From contig JAUCBJ010007822.1 of the NCBI GenBank assembly GCA_032718475.1, positions 124,001 through 188,000 of the forward strand: DNA of 64,000 nucleotides, written 5' to 3'. The notes under the pieces were generated by a model. It ran no database searches, was not told where the DNA came from, and worked only from the letters and a program-made list of their open reading frames with translations. The stretch is from Nemertoderma westbladi. Lineage: Eukaryota; Animalia; Xenacoelomorpha. The first letter of the stretch is position 1. Every line of letters starts with the position of its first letter. Made by a program: the position numbers and the translations under genes. Below are positions 35,847 through 49,200 of this stretch, piece after piece.

Positions 35847-36765
35847 TTAAACAAAATGACACAAGTGACTAAAATCAATATGACGTATATGGCAATTAAA
35901 AATATACAATTTACGTGCATTAACGGCATCTGAGGGCAAGGAATTCCACACGGATACTATACGGCTGGCAAAACGATTTCTGACAACGACTAGCCTGCTA
36001 GGCTGAGCAAACAGTTTCCTGTTATGGCCTCGCAAACCTTGCCGTTGCACATGCGAGAAAAAATCGTTAAAATGAAGGTCAATGTTATTGTGACAAATAT
36101 TATAAACCATACGGATATCAAAAATAATTCGCCTAACTTCTAATGGTTGGAGTTTCAAGTGTATTAATCTATTAGAGTAACTGTTATCTATGTGTGTTAA
36201 CTGACATCTTGAAAACAATCGTCTGGTGAAATATCGTTGGACGCGCTCAACCAATTTTATATTAAAAATTTGGTGAGGAGACCAAACCACAGTACAATAC
36301 TCTAACAGTGGGCGAACATACGCCTTATAAGCCGTAATAAGTACATTGACATTAGAAGTGTGGAAGCACCTAAATATTATATTGCACATTTTATACGCCT
36401 TGGATACTTGTTGGCTGCAGTATTTGCTGAAACGCAGATTTTTGGTAACGATAATACCTAGGTCCTTACAACTCTCCTTGAGTTCTAGAATAGAACCGTT
36501 GAGAGTGTACTCACTCGGTGTGCGTGTACCAAGGTAAAGTACATGACATTTGTGAGCAGCGACATTGAGCTGCCAGGTTTTACTCCAACTGGCTAATCTA
36601 TCCAACGCATTTTGAATGTTTGCCGGATTATTACTGTTTCCATATAATTTTAAATCGTCAGCAAATAGTTTGCAACCTACATTTGTAAATTCCGAAGGCA
36701 AATCGTTTACAAAAACTAGGAACAAAATCGGCCCCAAGACGCTTCCTTGGGGTGTTCCTGATTTG
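35847..36765 (-). pseudogene. 3' fragment of a CR1/L2-type LINE
   Basis: SGTPQG.LGPILF, LFADDLK, KDLGI, YVRPLLEYCTVVW, LRGHNRKL, WNSLP. Confidence 0.9.
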
Positions 36766-36861
36766 ACGTCAACATTAAAACGATGTTCAATTTATGTTTC
36801 GGCACTAACTCATAATCATTGAAAGGAAAGGTGTACCCAAAAGCAGCATTCTCTGATTCTG

Positions 36862-37862
36862 GGGTATAACTTTTCGCTTTATCCGTATCCGTATGCACAT
36901 ACGCGTATGTGCGTATGTAATGGATTCCTATGGAGAATAATCCGTATGTGATTTTAAAGATAAGGCATTGCGGACCAGTAAGAAGTGCACAGCTGCACTG
37001 CACACATGCAGACTGAAGACATGTAGGCCTACTAAAAAGCGATATGATTTAAAGAGTGCGGCTGCCGCTACCTAATGGCAAATAAACATTGTAGGTCCAG
37101 GATGAGTGACAGTCAGACAGTTGATGTCCTTCAGCCCCGGGATGCACCACAGCGCTTGTTTTATTGTACTAACTGACACTGGCCGCCCGGTTGGACTTAG
37201 ATTAACTCGTGGACTGACTCGTGGTTTGACTAACTGGCACTAGGTTGGACTTGTTGGCACTTGGCTGCATAGGGCCTGCTATGGTTAACTAAATACTGGC
37301 CCCGAAACGGCGAAAGTAAAGGTATATTATATTTTTATACATATATATGGACAGACTGAAACGACGGTTTTCAATATGTTTATTCCTTAGCATTCTCATT
37401 GCAGCTGCTATCAGTCTTTTAGTGCCATATACTGTAACAACCAACAACATTATTGCCAGGTTGGTGGAAAAACAGTTCAAAAATAAATCACGGTTGGTTA
37501 GTTTTCCAAGCGGCGTCAAGAAGAGTTAAATGATTAATAGGTACAGCACTGCTGGCACTGCTGGGCTGGCGGACAACGGCTGTCACTCATCCTGGACCTG
37601 TCCTGCATTCAGGCATTGTTGATTTTACATTAGGTAGCGGCAGCCACACTCTTTAAATCACTTAGCGTTAGGCCTACCTGTCTTCAGTCTGCATGTGTGT
37701 TGTGCACTTCTTACTGGTCCGCAATGCCTAATCTCTAAAATTACATAAGGATTATTCTCCATAGGAATCCATTACATACGCACATACCCGTATGTACATA
37801 CGGATACGACAAATGCATACGGATACCAGATACGGATACGGATAGGGCGAAAAGTTAAACTC
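36862..37862. mobile_element. Fold-back DNA element with ~250-bp terminal inverted repeats
   Basis: 36862-37115 (AACTTTTCGC...GGATTCCTATGGAGAATAATCC...GCATTGCGGACCAGTAAGAAGTGCAC...AGGTCCAGGATGAGTGACAG) is mirrored at 37580-37862. No coding capacity. Confidence 0.85.
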
Positions 37863-38844
37863 ATCATTCTGCATGTCAGCAATAAGCTAACCGGTAACTT
37901 AAAATAATTTTGAGTTTACATTGTCGCCTAGATACAACAACCACCTTTCAGCTGTAGCCAATCACCACGGAGTATTTATTACTACAATTAATTATATTGA
38001 AAAATTGAAATTGAAATAATTATATAATGGCGAAACAAGATTAAAATTTAAATATCATTAAAATGCACAATCAAGATAAGTAAAACATAGAAGACATGAT
38101 ATTATATGAACACTCAGCCGTGCACATTCAAGGCACCACTGTAAGTAAAAAGGTTTATTAAAGGACTCTACATATAAAATAAGATAAAATACTATTTGAA
38201 TTTGAGTGAATTTGAGTATAATATCGACAAATATAAAAGTAACGAAACATAACAAACAAGATTACCATTTTCATAGATACCGGTAGGATAGTTAGCCAGG
38301 ACTTCATTTGCAGCCTGGATAGTTAGTATGGTAATCAAGTAAATATTGGTTTATACAGTATGTTAAAATTATGCACTCAGCCATGCAATAAAGCACCACA
38401 GAGTAAAATAAGTACAACTTATGTATTAATAAACAAAATAAAATGAAATGAAATGCAGAACAGAATAAAAGTGCATATTTACGTAATGCACATTAATTTA
38501 TAGATATTAATTCATTGAAACATTGGAGTAGGTACAGTATATGGCATAATAAGTAAATAAAATTTTTAAAAAATTAAATATGCAATAATTTTTATCAAAA
38601 TATGTAATTGTAGAGTAAAATTCAGTACGGTACATAAATCAGACAATTAATAGTTCAGTATACATTATTCATATTTAGTACTGTAGATCGAAACATTAAT
38701 TAAAATATGGATCAAAGTGAATTATATTATTACAGTAAAAATAAATCATTCATCACAATCTTGTATGGCAGCCTGAGTTTATTAGTTTTAAATTAAGCCA
38801 ACACATTTAATATTTAATCAATAATAATAATGATAGATAATTAA

Positions 38845-40735
38845 TTAACGTTGGAGTAGATATGGACGGTATTCACTATTCATGGTGTTTTTCCAGGAAC
38901 CAGTGCATTGAGCAGATAAATCAATGTTATTGATTTGGGTGCGAAAACCCAACGTGGTGGAGGCACCAACAACTGTTGAGGGAAGAGAGTTCCACAGGGT
39001 AATGCGACGGACCGATAAGTGGTTCTGATGGATACAGTTACGCGAGTGAGGAATGGTTACTTTGTAACCGTTTGATCGAGTTCGGGTGGATGGCAGTTGA
39101 AACATCTGTAGATCAGATATAGGACTGAACCCACAAATAATTTTAAACATTTCCACCAGATCGATAACGATGCGCCGTTCCTCAAGGGAACGGGTGTTGA
39201 GCCGGTTCAGTCGCTCTGCGTAGCTCAGACCTTGAAGGCCGGGCAGGCGACGGGTAAAATCTCGTTGAACCTGTTCTATAATATTGATGTCCTTATCAAG
39301 ATAGGGGCACCAGATTGCGCAATTGTATTCTAAGATTGACCGTGCATAAACTCTAAATAGCTCAAATTGATGGTATGCACTGCGATGATGAAAGTTTCGA
39401 CGAATCTGACAACAGGTTGGTTCTACGTGCCTTGGCAGACACAAGCCCCACATGCTCACTGAATCTCAAGTCGGATGATATTATAACACCTAAATCCTTC
39501 GCTTCGCTGAGATGTTGTAGACACGTTTCACCCATGTAGTAGGAACGCACCGTATGACTATTAGCCTGTAGAGAGACGACTGAGCACTTTTTGACATTGT
39601 AACTCATCTGCCAAACCTTTGCCCATTCGCATATTGAGTTGATATCTTCTTGTAGAAGCATGGAGTCAAGATCTGTGAATATAGAGTTGTATAATTGCGT
39701 GTCATCCGCATAGAGCTTCACATTTGTGGATATGTTGTCCGTAATATCATTTATGAAAATGATAAACAGGAGCGGAGCAATAACGCTTCCTTGCGGAACT
39801 CCGCTGGTGACCAAAGCCAGATCTGACAGAACTCCATTTATTGCTGTACGTTGGTAGCGGTTACACAGGAATGCCGAAATCCAAGCTAATTAAACTTATT
39901 AATTAACCTTATTAAACTTCACTCGTTTGGTATACAAGGCAGTTGTATACCAAACGAGTGAAGTTTAATAAGGAGTTTCTGATGAGATACTTTGTCAAAA
40001 GCCCTCTGGAAATCTGTATAAATAATATCCACTGGTCGTCCACTATTGCGAATCCTAACCCAGTCAAATGAAGATTCAAGTAGTTGTGTGAAGGTTGACC
40101 TTTTCTGCAAAAAACCGTGTTGTTTGGAGCTGATAGCTTTTATTCGTAGTAAATATATTAACATTTCATTTCTTATCGAAGTTTCCATTACTTTAACCAG
40201 AACTGAAGAAAGGGAAATCGGTCGGTAATTAGCAGGATCAGACCGAGAGCCCTTGAGTTTGTACGTCGGAACAATATGAGCGAGTCGCCATGTTGGGGGA
40301 ACAAAGCCGCAATCAAAGAACTGTTGGAATAGTGTTTCAAGCGGTTCACAAAGCCAGATAGCAAGTTTACGTAGCAATGCAGTAGGTATATTGTCAGGTC
40401 CGGGAGCTTTACCAGGTTTTAGATTCTTTAGGATTTTGAGGATTTCAGCTCTGTCAAATTTTATCGATGACAGTGTAACACCGGGGGGGTGTTTGATAGG
40501 CGGGTTTGGGTCAAGTCCATCATGAGTAGTAAATGCGGATTTGAATGTGTTATTTATTAAGTTTGCTCGATCTACATCACTGGTGTAAACCTTCCCGTCC
40601 GAATCTTTCATTGCAGGGATACCACAGCAATGAACCAGATTGTCTTTATTATATCTCCAAAACTTTTTGGAATTTTTTTCTCTCATTATTCGATCCTCAA
40701 TACATCTACGAGATCCAGAGTGGGCGAATTCCAAA
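38845..40735 (-). pseudogene. Decayed CR1/L2-type LINE ORF2 fragment
   Basis: KAPGPDNI, NYRPISLSS, QHGF, YTDFQRAFD, SGVPQGSV, LYADD, KDLGV, ARSILEYN, WNSLP; frameshifted and interrupted at ~39890-39942. Confidence 0.9.
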
Positions 40736-40869
40736 GAATTATTTAGAGCATCCAGGTTCTCCAATAGTGATACCGATAGTGATAGTGATTTTGATTTATA
40801 CATACTGTATAGGTTTTAAAACATATATGTAAAGATCATAATAATATTATAATATAATTATCGTTATCA

Positions 40870-41550
40870 TGATAACCATAACGATTCCCAAGACAGTCAA
40901 AGTGGGTTGTATTCATTGAATCTTTCCAGGATCCTTCACAGTGAATCAGCAAACTGACATCATTGAGGCGGGAACGGAAGCAACACAAAGAGGGTGCTGT
41001 CACAACTGCTGATGGAAGCGAATTCCATACCGGAATATTTCTTATAGTGAAATGTGTCTGATGCAGACGGCTATTTGAATGAGGAGTTAACAGTTTCATG
41101 GAATGCCCCCTTGTTCTACCATTGTTGTTGAGCTGAAACAGATTATGGTTGCTAAACGGGCTACGACCACTTAATATTTTGAACATTTCGACCAAATCGA
41201 GGTGAATACGCCGTTGTTCACGTGATCGGGTCTTCAGCAACTCCAGTCTCGCAGCGTAGCTCAAACCTTGTAAACCAGTAAATAGCGTGTAAAGTCACGC
41301 TGGACTCGTTCTAATTTGATAATATCACCATTGAGAGTAGGGCTCCAGATCGGGCTATTATGTTCTAGAACAGACCTTGCGTACACAGTGAACAACTCGA
41401 ATTGAAATTTAGCACTCCTATGTTTGAAGGATCGTCGTATTTGGCAGCAAATTTTCTTTGCTCGACTATAGATATGTTCGCTATAAAGAAGATCTGGAGA
41501 CATTATAATCCCCAGGTCTTTGGACTCCTCAGAGTTAGACAAACGTTGCC
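40870..41550 (-). pseudogene. Short 3' fragment of a related CR1/L2-type LINE
   Basis: KDLGII, ARSVLEHNSPIW, ERVQRDFTR, RTRGHSMKL, WNSLPS; similar to 38845-39480. Confidence 0.85.
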
Positions 41551-42880
41551 CTACTACTACTACTAGGTCGAGCGAACTCGGACAGTGAAAATGAGATCCT
41601 TCCAGGCTTCCCGATTCTCCATAGTTGTCGCAATTTCGTTTCTCCTAAGTTCAGATCCCTTTCAAGTTGATCTATATATGTTATGGCCGGTCGTCCACGA
41701 CTACGCTTTCCATGAGTTGGTTGCCAGAAAATTAGATCTGATATGACCTCGTCTTTACTTCGCCAGCAGTGCCCACTGAATCTTAATCTGCGTTCACGGA
41801 GGGTGGTTGATACAGGTGGTATTGTACCATAAAGCTCGGCGTTTGTCATGTGTTGTCTCCAGCTGATGTTTAGGGCTGCCCTTAGTAGTCTTGTGTAGCA
41901 ACCATCAATTCGTTGTTCAAGTGATTTAGTCAGTGTCCAGGTCTCACCCCCATATAAAAATACACTTTCCACTGTGGCTCGAAAGAACTTAGTCTTCAGG
42001 TGCCTGGAGAGATCTGATTTCCAGATGGTATCCATTTTTGATAGAGCTACCCAAGCCTTTGCTTTCCTAACTTCTACTGTATGTCCTTTTTGCTACTCTC
42101 TATCCATGATCCAAGGTACTGGAAGTCATCGACCTTCCTTAGTTGATTATTATCAATGGTTGTCAAGTTTCCATCAACATTAAAGGTCATGAATTCGGTC
42201 TTTGTAGCATTTATATGCAATCCAACCTCCTTAGCAGCCCTCTCCACTTTATTTAGTAGAAGCTGTGCATCTGCTAGGGTATTAGAGAGCAGGGCGATGT
42301 CATCCGCAAAGTCGGTGTCTGTGACTGTAGTTGCCGGATATCTACTACTTCTGCGTTCTTGAAGTGTGAATCCCAGATCTTCACCCTTTGTGGCCGTCCT
42401 CATTGCGTAATCCAGCACAATTACAAATAGTAATGGTGCTAATGTGTCACCTTGCAGTACGCCAGCCAGGATTGAGAAAAACTCAGTTTCACCATCTGGT
42501 GAGAGTACCTGCGCTTCTGTGTCACAATATAACAATCCAATGCCAGCAACAATTACTTCTGGTATTCCATAAGCTCTTAGGATTTCAAGCATTTTACCAC
42601 TATGGATGGAGTCGAATGCCTTCTTGAAGTCCACAAAAGTCGTGACAGCGGGGAGATTCTTTGACTTAATTCCTTCAATCAGTCTCCGTAGTGCAAGTAT
42701 CTGAGCTATTGTTGATCTACTTGGTCGAAATCCGTTTTGGCTCTTACGCAGTAGTTTCTCTATGTGAGGCCTAATCCTATATAGAATCATTTTATTGTAT
42801 ATTTTGGCAGCTACCACAAGCAGACAGATCCCACGATAGTTTGTTGGTATGCCGAGGTCTCCTTTCTTGGGGAGAGGCTT
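41551..42880 (-). pseudogene. 5'-truncated RTE-like LINE with (AGT)n tail
   Basis: QNGFRPSRST, FVDFKKAFDS, GVLQGDTLAP, FADD, FQYLGS, ESVFLYG.ETW; tail appears as CTACTACTACTACTA on the plus strand at 41551-41565. Confidence 0.9.
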
Positions 42881-43759
42881 TAGTTGACGTATATCGTTAA
42901 CTTATGTTGATCTGTATATGTTTACTAAACATTTTTAATAATTTTTTTAATAATAACCTACATTTTTTCCCCCATTGTAAAACGCAACTCGTTCAAAACT
43001 CAATAGACTCAAACGGGATTAGTTGACATTATACTGACAGCTGTGTTCTTCTTTCCGATATCCTTTTATCTCATAACAAACATTTATTTTTACACTGTTG
43101 TATTGTATTGTATTATTACGGTATATAATAATTATATACTACACGGTGTGTGTAATATTAAATATAAATATTACGCCCAATATTACATAAATAAAATATA
43201 TTACAACTACACAACATATGGAACAAGGATTATCAAAACTTCTTTACAGCATTATGCCTACTAGTCAAGTAGACAGTGGCGACCACCGTTCAAATTGGGT
43301 ATGACAGCAGTTTTTTTGCTGAAAGTGTTAACTTGTATAAGACATTTGAAATTATGTTATATTTTACATAGTCCGCATTGATCAATTTTTTCTAGAACAC
43401 TATTTATCTTAACGACAGATGTTGTACATAGCAACAATAATGAATTAACACGCAGGGGTATATTTATCTATTTAGATACTGGTCAATCATAAATAAGGAG
43501 AAACCAAGCTCGAGAAAATAAAAACTTAAGGAATAAGTATTATGTTTGAAGTTAGGAGTTACTAATTTTATAACAGTGCAGTGTTATGGCAAACACTGTT
43601 ACTGGTAGTGAACTTGTAATACATACAAGGCTCGGTGTGCAATTTGGAGCTCATCATTGTGGCCAAGTAATGCACCGACATACCTCTCTCAGGAATACAT
43701 GCTGTCAGCTCGCTAACTCTCTCTAGACATGTTCCTCAAGAACTGGCGGAGATATACTG

Positions 43760-44698
43760 GCGGAGGGGTCCTCTTAGTGGACCTTTGTTTACCAAAGACA
43801 CTGATGAAATTCGAGCTGACGATGGATCCCTAGCAAAATATTCTGATGACTCAAGAAATCTACAGGGGATAAGGCATTCCGCAGAAAATGACAAATATAA
43901 GTCTAACATACAGCGAATTGTTGAGCTATCACATGGAAAAAACTTAAAGATAAACGCAAAGAAATCTGAAGAACTATGTTTCATTCCAATGAACTTTAAA
44001 GAACAGAAAGTTCTAGATATCGCAGAAGAAATAATCTACATAGATGGTGACGAGGTTCCGCGTCCGTCCGAAGTGAAACATCTTGGAATATGGATTGCAA
44101 ATAATCTATCATGGAAAACTCATATATTTAAACTTATAAAAAGGGTAAATTACATAGTTCGCCAATTCAGTTTTTTCATCCGGTTTGCAAATAAAGATAC
44201 AAAAATATTTCTCTTTGAAACTTACATTGTACCACAATATATGTACTGTGCGGTTGCGTGGGTCCCCCTCATTCCAAAGAATCTCAAAAAGAAGTTAAAG
44301 AGGCCACTGTCGCTGTTTGCCAAACACTCAAAAATTGAAAAACAAGTTTACATGAACATTATAAATGATGCGTTTTCCAAACAGTTCACCAACATGGTAA
44401 AGAAGATTGTGGACACGCCGAGTCATCCTCTACACGCTTTCATTATTGGTTGCCGATCAAACTCCACCGCAACTCGCAATAATTACAGAATGCCTGATAC
44501 ACGGACCAAGATGTTTTGTAACTCTTTCGCTCCAAGTGCTATTAGATATCTAATAAACAATGAGATACCGATTTTCATGCAATGATATTTTATTTATTTT
44601 TATGTAATCTGTGTTTGTGATTAACGGTAATTTTCCTATTTACATTCCTCCATATGTACAGGAAATAAAACGAATTATTCATTCATTCATTCATTCAT
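43760..44698 (+). pseudogene. 3' fragment of an L2/Crack-like LINE with (ATTC)n tail
   Basis: KYSDD, LKINAKKS, VKHLGI, LSWKTHI, HPLH, F.NSF.PSAIR; AATAAA followed by ATTC repeats at ~44677-44698. Confidence 0.8.
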
Positions 44699-45679
44699 GT
44701 TAATTCGAATGTGGATTTTGTGGCCGATGCATTTATGGACAGAATGGCGCAGGTTTATCCTTAACGAAGTAGCAGTGGTTACCCAAACTGAGATGTTGTT
44801 TCTGTATGGTGATGTTCGGTATTAACAGTGGGTTCTCATATTGCTATCGCTGCATTTTATCTTGCGTTACCAACTTTTGGATTTTTTTGATCTATCGCCT
44901 TACATAAGGCGGTAGATCCCCAGATAAGGCAATCTTTCTCAAAACTAAATGTCACTATTAATTTTTTTAATTATGTTAGCCAAAACATTCGTCGCCTCCA
45001 ACTCTCTTTATGACCCTTTTCATTGCCTAAATGTAGCCTATTACTGCAATGTTTTGAAATATGTATTACATTAAACATAATATTCTAGAATGTTTAGTGT
45101 TGTTGCTAACACATTCTCTACATTATCTACATTGGAGAACGGTTCATCAGTAAAATGTACCAACACCAAGCGTCTACTCGACTATACCTACTAACAGCAT
45201 CTGTCGTTGAGGTAAGTTGCCTATCTTGTTACCCGTACCGGTAGTTTGAGCGAAATACCCGACAGATATTCATATAGTAAAGAAATTTATATATTTAAAT
45301 TTTTTTAAATAATTACAATTAATTGGATATATAATTGATTTCGTAAATTCGCAATTACAATTAATGGATTGGTTGATAGCAGGCAATTAAATTGCAATAA
45401 ATTTTTGATAACCCTCGGAGCCATGGAGTACGTAGCGTTACTCTAAAGAGTCTTGAAGTCAAAAGTTTGAAGTTATTAAATATTGTGGGAAGTGCAGCTC
45501 CAACTTACAGACAGACCTATAATAGGCCTACCGGTAACGAAGGGTACCGGTACAAATAAAGCACAAGAAGAAAGGAATCTGTTTTGAGGCAAACATAGTT
45601 TCTGTTCTTTATTACATTGTTTTAATATTATAGTTTACTCAGAGTATTAGATACATTTAATTAGGTAATAAATAGATTG

Positions 45680-45835
45680 TTAAGTCTTCTCAGCTGCTTC
45701 CATCTGTTTGTCTTTGAGGTTCTTAATGGCAGCCTTGATGCTGTCCTCGGCAAGCATACTGCAATGGAGTTTTACTGGGGGAAGTTTCAACTCATTTGCG
45801 ATATCTGTGTTCTTTATATCCATTGCGTCATCCAG
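45680..45835 (-). CDS. ISCU: ISCU exon 3 (last coding exon)
   Basis: After a TAG acceptor: LDDAMDIKNTDIANELKLPPVKLHCSMLAEDSIKAAIKNLKDKQMEAAEKT*. Contains the LPPVK chaperone motif and the third Cys ligand; phase 0. Confidence 0.95.
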   Translation of the reverse strand: MDDAMDIKNTDIANELKLPPVKLHCSMLAEDSIKAAIKNLKDKQMEAAEKT

Positions 45836-46270
45836 CTAATACAATACAAACTAAAATATGAAACTAGATAAAATAATATAATATAAATAACAATATATTT
45901 ACAATGTTATATTCTCGCAAATAATATCCCACCAACATATATACATCTGGGCAACTCCCAACTAAAAAAAACTCCCACTACTCCTACTGACTGTTACAGT
46001 TGCTGCTGGTTGAGAAACCTCTTCATATAAGGGAATATTTGTAGTCAGCAGTAGTAGTGCTGCGAACTGAAACAAAAATTAAACTAGTTTCGGTTTCAGT
46101 TCGAATAAACATGTTCATTTCAGTTCATGTTTGAGTTCCAGTTACCAAAAGAATATTAAATTTAGTTTCAGTTCCAATAAACCTATTTTCTCGCATTACT
46201 AGTCACTATAGTCATTGGGGGTAAAAAAACAAGCGGGAAATTAAATTGTTATTTGTATATAATTATGAGT

Positions 46271-49200
46271 TAGTGTTTAAACGGGATCAGACTTTTCGGA
46301 ATCGGGACCGGGATTATCACTACCGGGATCCCATTTTTCGGAATCGGGATTGTTATTTTGTATTAAATTTCCTTAAAGTTGTTTGGGGTTTTCGGTAACA
46401 CTCACTTTATCTTACACTTCTAAAATATTAGTAAGATAAAGTTATATTAAAATGTATTTGCAATTGATTACTGGATGGTTTCTGACATAAAAATTCGATA
46501 TAATCAAAACATTTCCTTTCAGCTGGAACTATTTATCGGATATTAAAGAAATTTACTTCACTATTTATAGTTCGGGATCCCGGTTCAGAAATGTCGGGAT
46601 CGGGACTGGGGTTACAGTTTCAACGGGATCCCGTTCCAATAAAGTCGGGATCGGGACTGGGGTTACAGTTTCACCGGGATCCCGTTCCAATAAAGTCGGG
46701 ATCGGGACTGGGGTTACAGTTTCAACGGGATCCCGTTCCAATAAAGTAGGGATCGGGACTGGGGTTACAGTTTCAACGAGATCCCGTTCCAATAAAGTCG
46801 GGATCGGGACTGGGGTTACAGTTTCAACGGGATCCCGTTCCAATAAAGTCGGGATCGGGACTGGGGTTACAGTTTCACCGGGATCCCGTTCCAATAAAGT
46901 CGGGATCGGGACTGGGGTTACAGTTTCACCGGGATCCCGTTCCAATAAAGTCGGGATCGGGTCAGGGGTTACAGTTTCAACGGGATCCCGTTCCAATAAA
47001 GTCGGGATCGGGACTGGGGTTACAGTTTCAACGCGATCCCGTTCCAATAAAGTCGGGATCGGGACTGGGGTTACAGTTTCAACGGGATCCCGTTCCAATA
47101 AAGTCGGGATCGGGACTGGGGTTACAGTTTCACCGGGATCCCGTTCCAATAAAGTCGGGATCGGGACTGGGGTTACAGTTCCAACGGGATCCCGTTCCAA
47201 TAAAGTCGGGATCGGGACTGGGGTTACAGTTTCACCGGGATCCCGTTCCAATAGTCGGGATCGGGACTGGGGTTACAGTTTCACCGGGATCCCGTTCCAA
47301 TAAAGTCGGGATCGGGACTGGGGTTACAGTTTCACCGGGATCCCGTTCCAATAGTCGGGATCGGGACTGGGGTTACAGTTTCACCGGGATCCCGTTCCAA
47401 TAAAGTCGGGATCGGGACTGGGGTTACAGTTTCACCGGGATCCCGTTCCAATAAAGTCGGGATCGGGACTGGGGTTACAGTTTCAACGGGATCCCGTTCC
47501 AATAAAGTCGGGATCGGGACTGGGGTTACAGTTTCACCGGGATCCCGTTCCAATAAAGTCGGGATCGGGACTGGGGTTACAGTTTCACCGGGATCCCGTT
47601 CCAATAAAGTCGGGATCGGGTCAGGGGTTACAGTTTCAACGGGATCCCGTTCCAATAAAGTCGGGATCGGGACTGGGGTTACAGTTTCAACGCGATCCCG
47701 TTCCAATAAAGTCGGGATCGGGACTGGGGTTACAGTTTCAACGGGATCCCGTTCCAATAAAGTCGGGATCGGGACTGGGGTTACAGTTTCACCGGGATCC
47801 CGTTCCAATAAAGTCGGGATCGGGACTGGGGTTACAGTTCCAACGGGATCCCGTTCCAATAAAGTCGGGATCGGGACTGGGGTTACAGTTTCACCGGGAT
47901 CCCGTTCCAATAGTCGGGATCGGGACTGGGGTTACAGTTTCACCGGGATCCCGTTCCAATAAAGTCGGGATCGGGACTGGGGTTACAGTTTCACCGGGAT
48001 CCCGTTCCAATAAAGTCGGGATCGGGTCAGGGGTTACAGTTTCACCGGGATCCCGTTCCAATAAAGTCGGGATCGGGTCAGGGGTTACAGTTTCACCGGG
48101 ATCCCGTTCCAATAAAGTCGGGATCGGGTCAGGGGTTACAGTTTCACCGGGATCCCGTTCCAATAAAGTCGGGATCGGGTCAGGGGTTACAGTTTCACCG
48201 GGATCCCGTTCCAATAAAGTCGGGATCGGGTCAGGGGTTACAGTTTCACCGGGATCCCGTTCCAATAAAGTCGGGATCGGGACTGGGGTTACAGTTTCAC
48301 CGGGATCCCGTTCCAATAAAGTCGGGATCGGGACTGGGGTTACAGTGTCATCGGGATCCCGTTCCAATAAAGTCGGGATCGGGACTGGGGTTACAGTTTC
48401 ACCGGGATCCCGTTCCAATAAAGTCGGGATCGGGTCAGGGGTTACAGTTTCACCGGGATCCCGTTCCAATAAAGTCGGGATCGGGACTGGGGTTACAGTT
48501 TCAACGGGATCCCGTTTCAATAAAGTAGGGATCGGGACTGGGGTTACAGTTTCAACGGGATCCCGTTCCAATAAAGTCGGGATCGGGACTGGGGTTACAG
48601 TTTCACCGGGATCCCGTTCCAATAAAGTCGGGATCGGGACTGGGGTTACAGTTTCACCGGGATCCCGTTCCAATAAAGTCGGGATCGGGACTGGGGTTAC
48701 AGTGTCATCGGGATCCCGTTCCAATAAAGTCGGGATCGGGACTGGGGTTACAGTTTCACCAGGATCCCGCTCCAATAAAATCGGGATCGGGACTGGGGTT
48801 ACAGTTTCACCGGGATCCCGTTCCAATAAAGTCGGGATCGGGACTGGGGTTACAGTTTCACCGGGATCCCGTTCCAATAAAGTCGGGATCGGGACTGGGG
48901 TTACAGTTTCAACGGGATCCCGTTCCAATAAAGTAGGGATCGGGACTGGGGTTACAGTTTCAACGGGATCCCGTTCCAATAAAGTCGGGATCGGGACTGG
49001 GGTTACAGTTTCACCGGGATCCCGTTCCAATAAAGTCGGGATCGGGACTGGGGTTACAGTTTCACCGGGATCCCGTTCCAATAAAGTCGGGATCGGGACT
49101 GGGGTTACAGTTTCACCGGGATCCCGTTCCAATAAAGTCGGGATCGGGACTGGGGTTACAGTTTCAACGGGATCCCGTTCCAATAAAGTCGGGATCGGGA

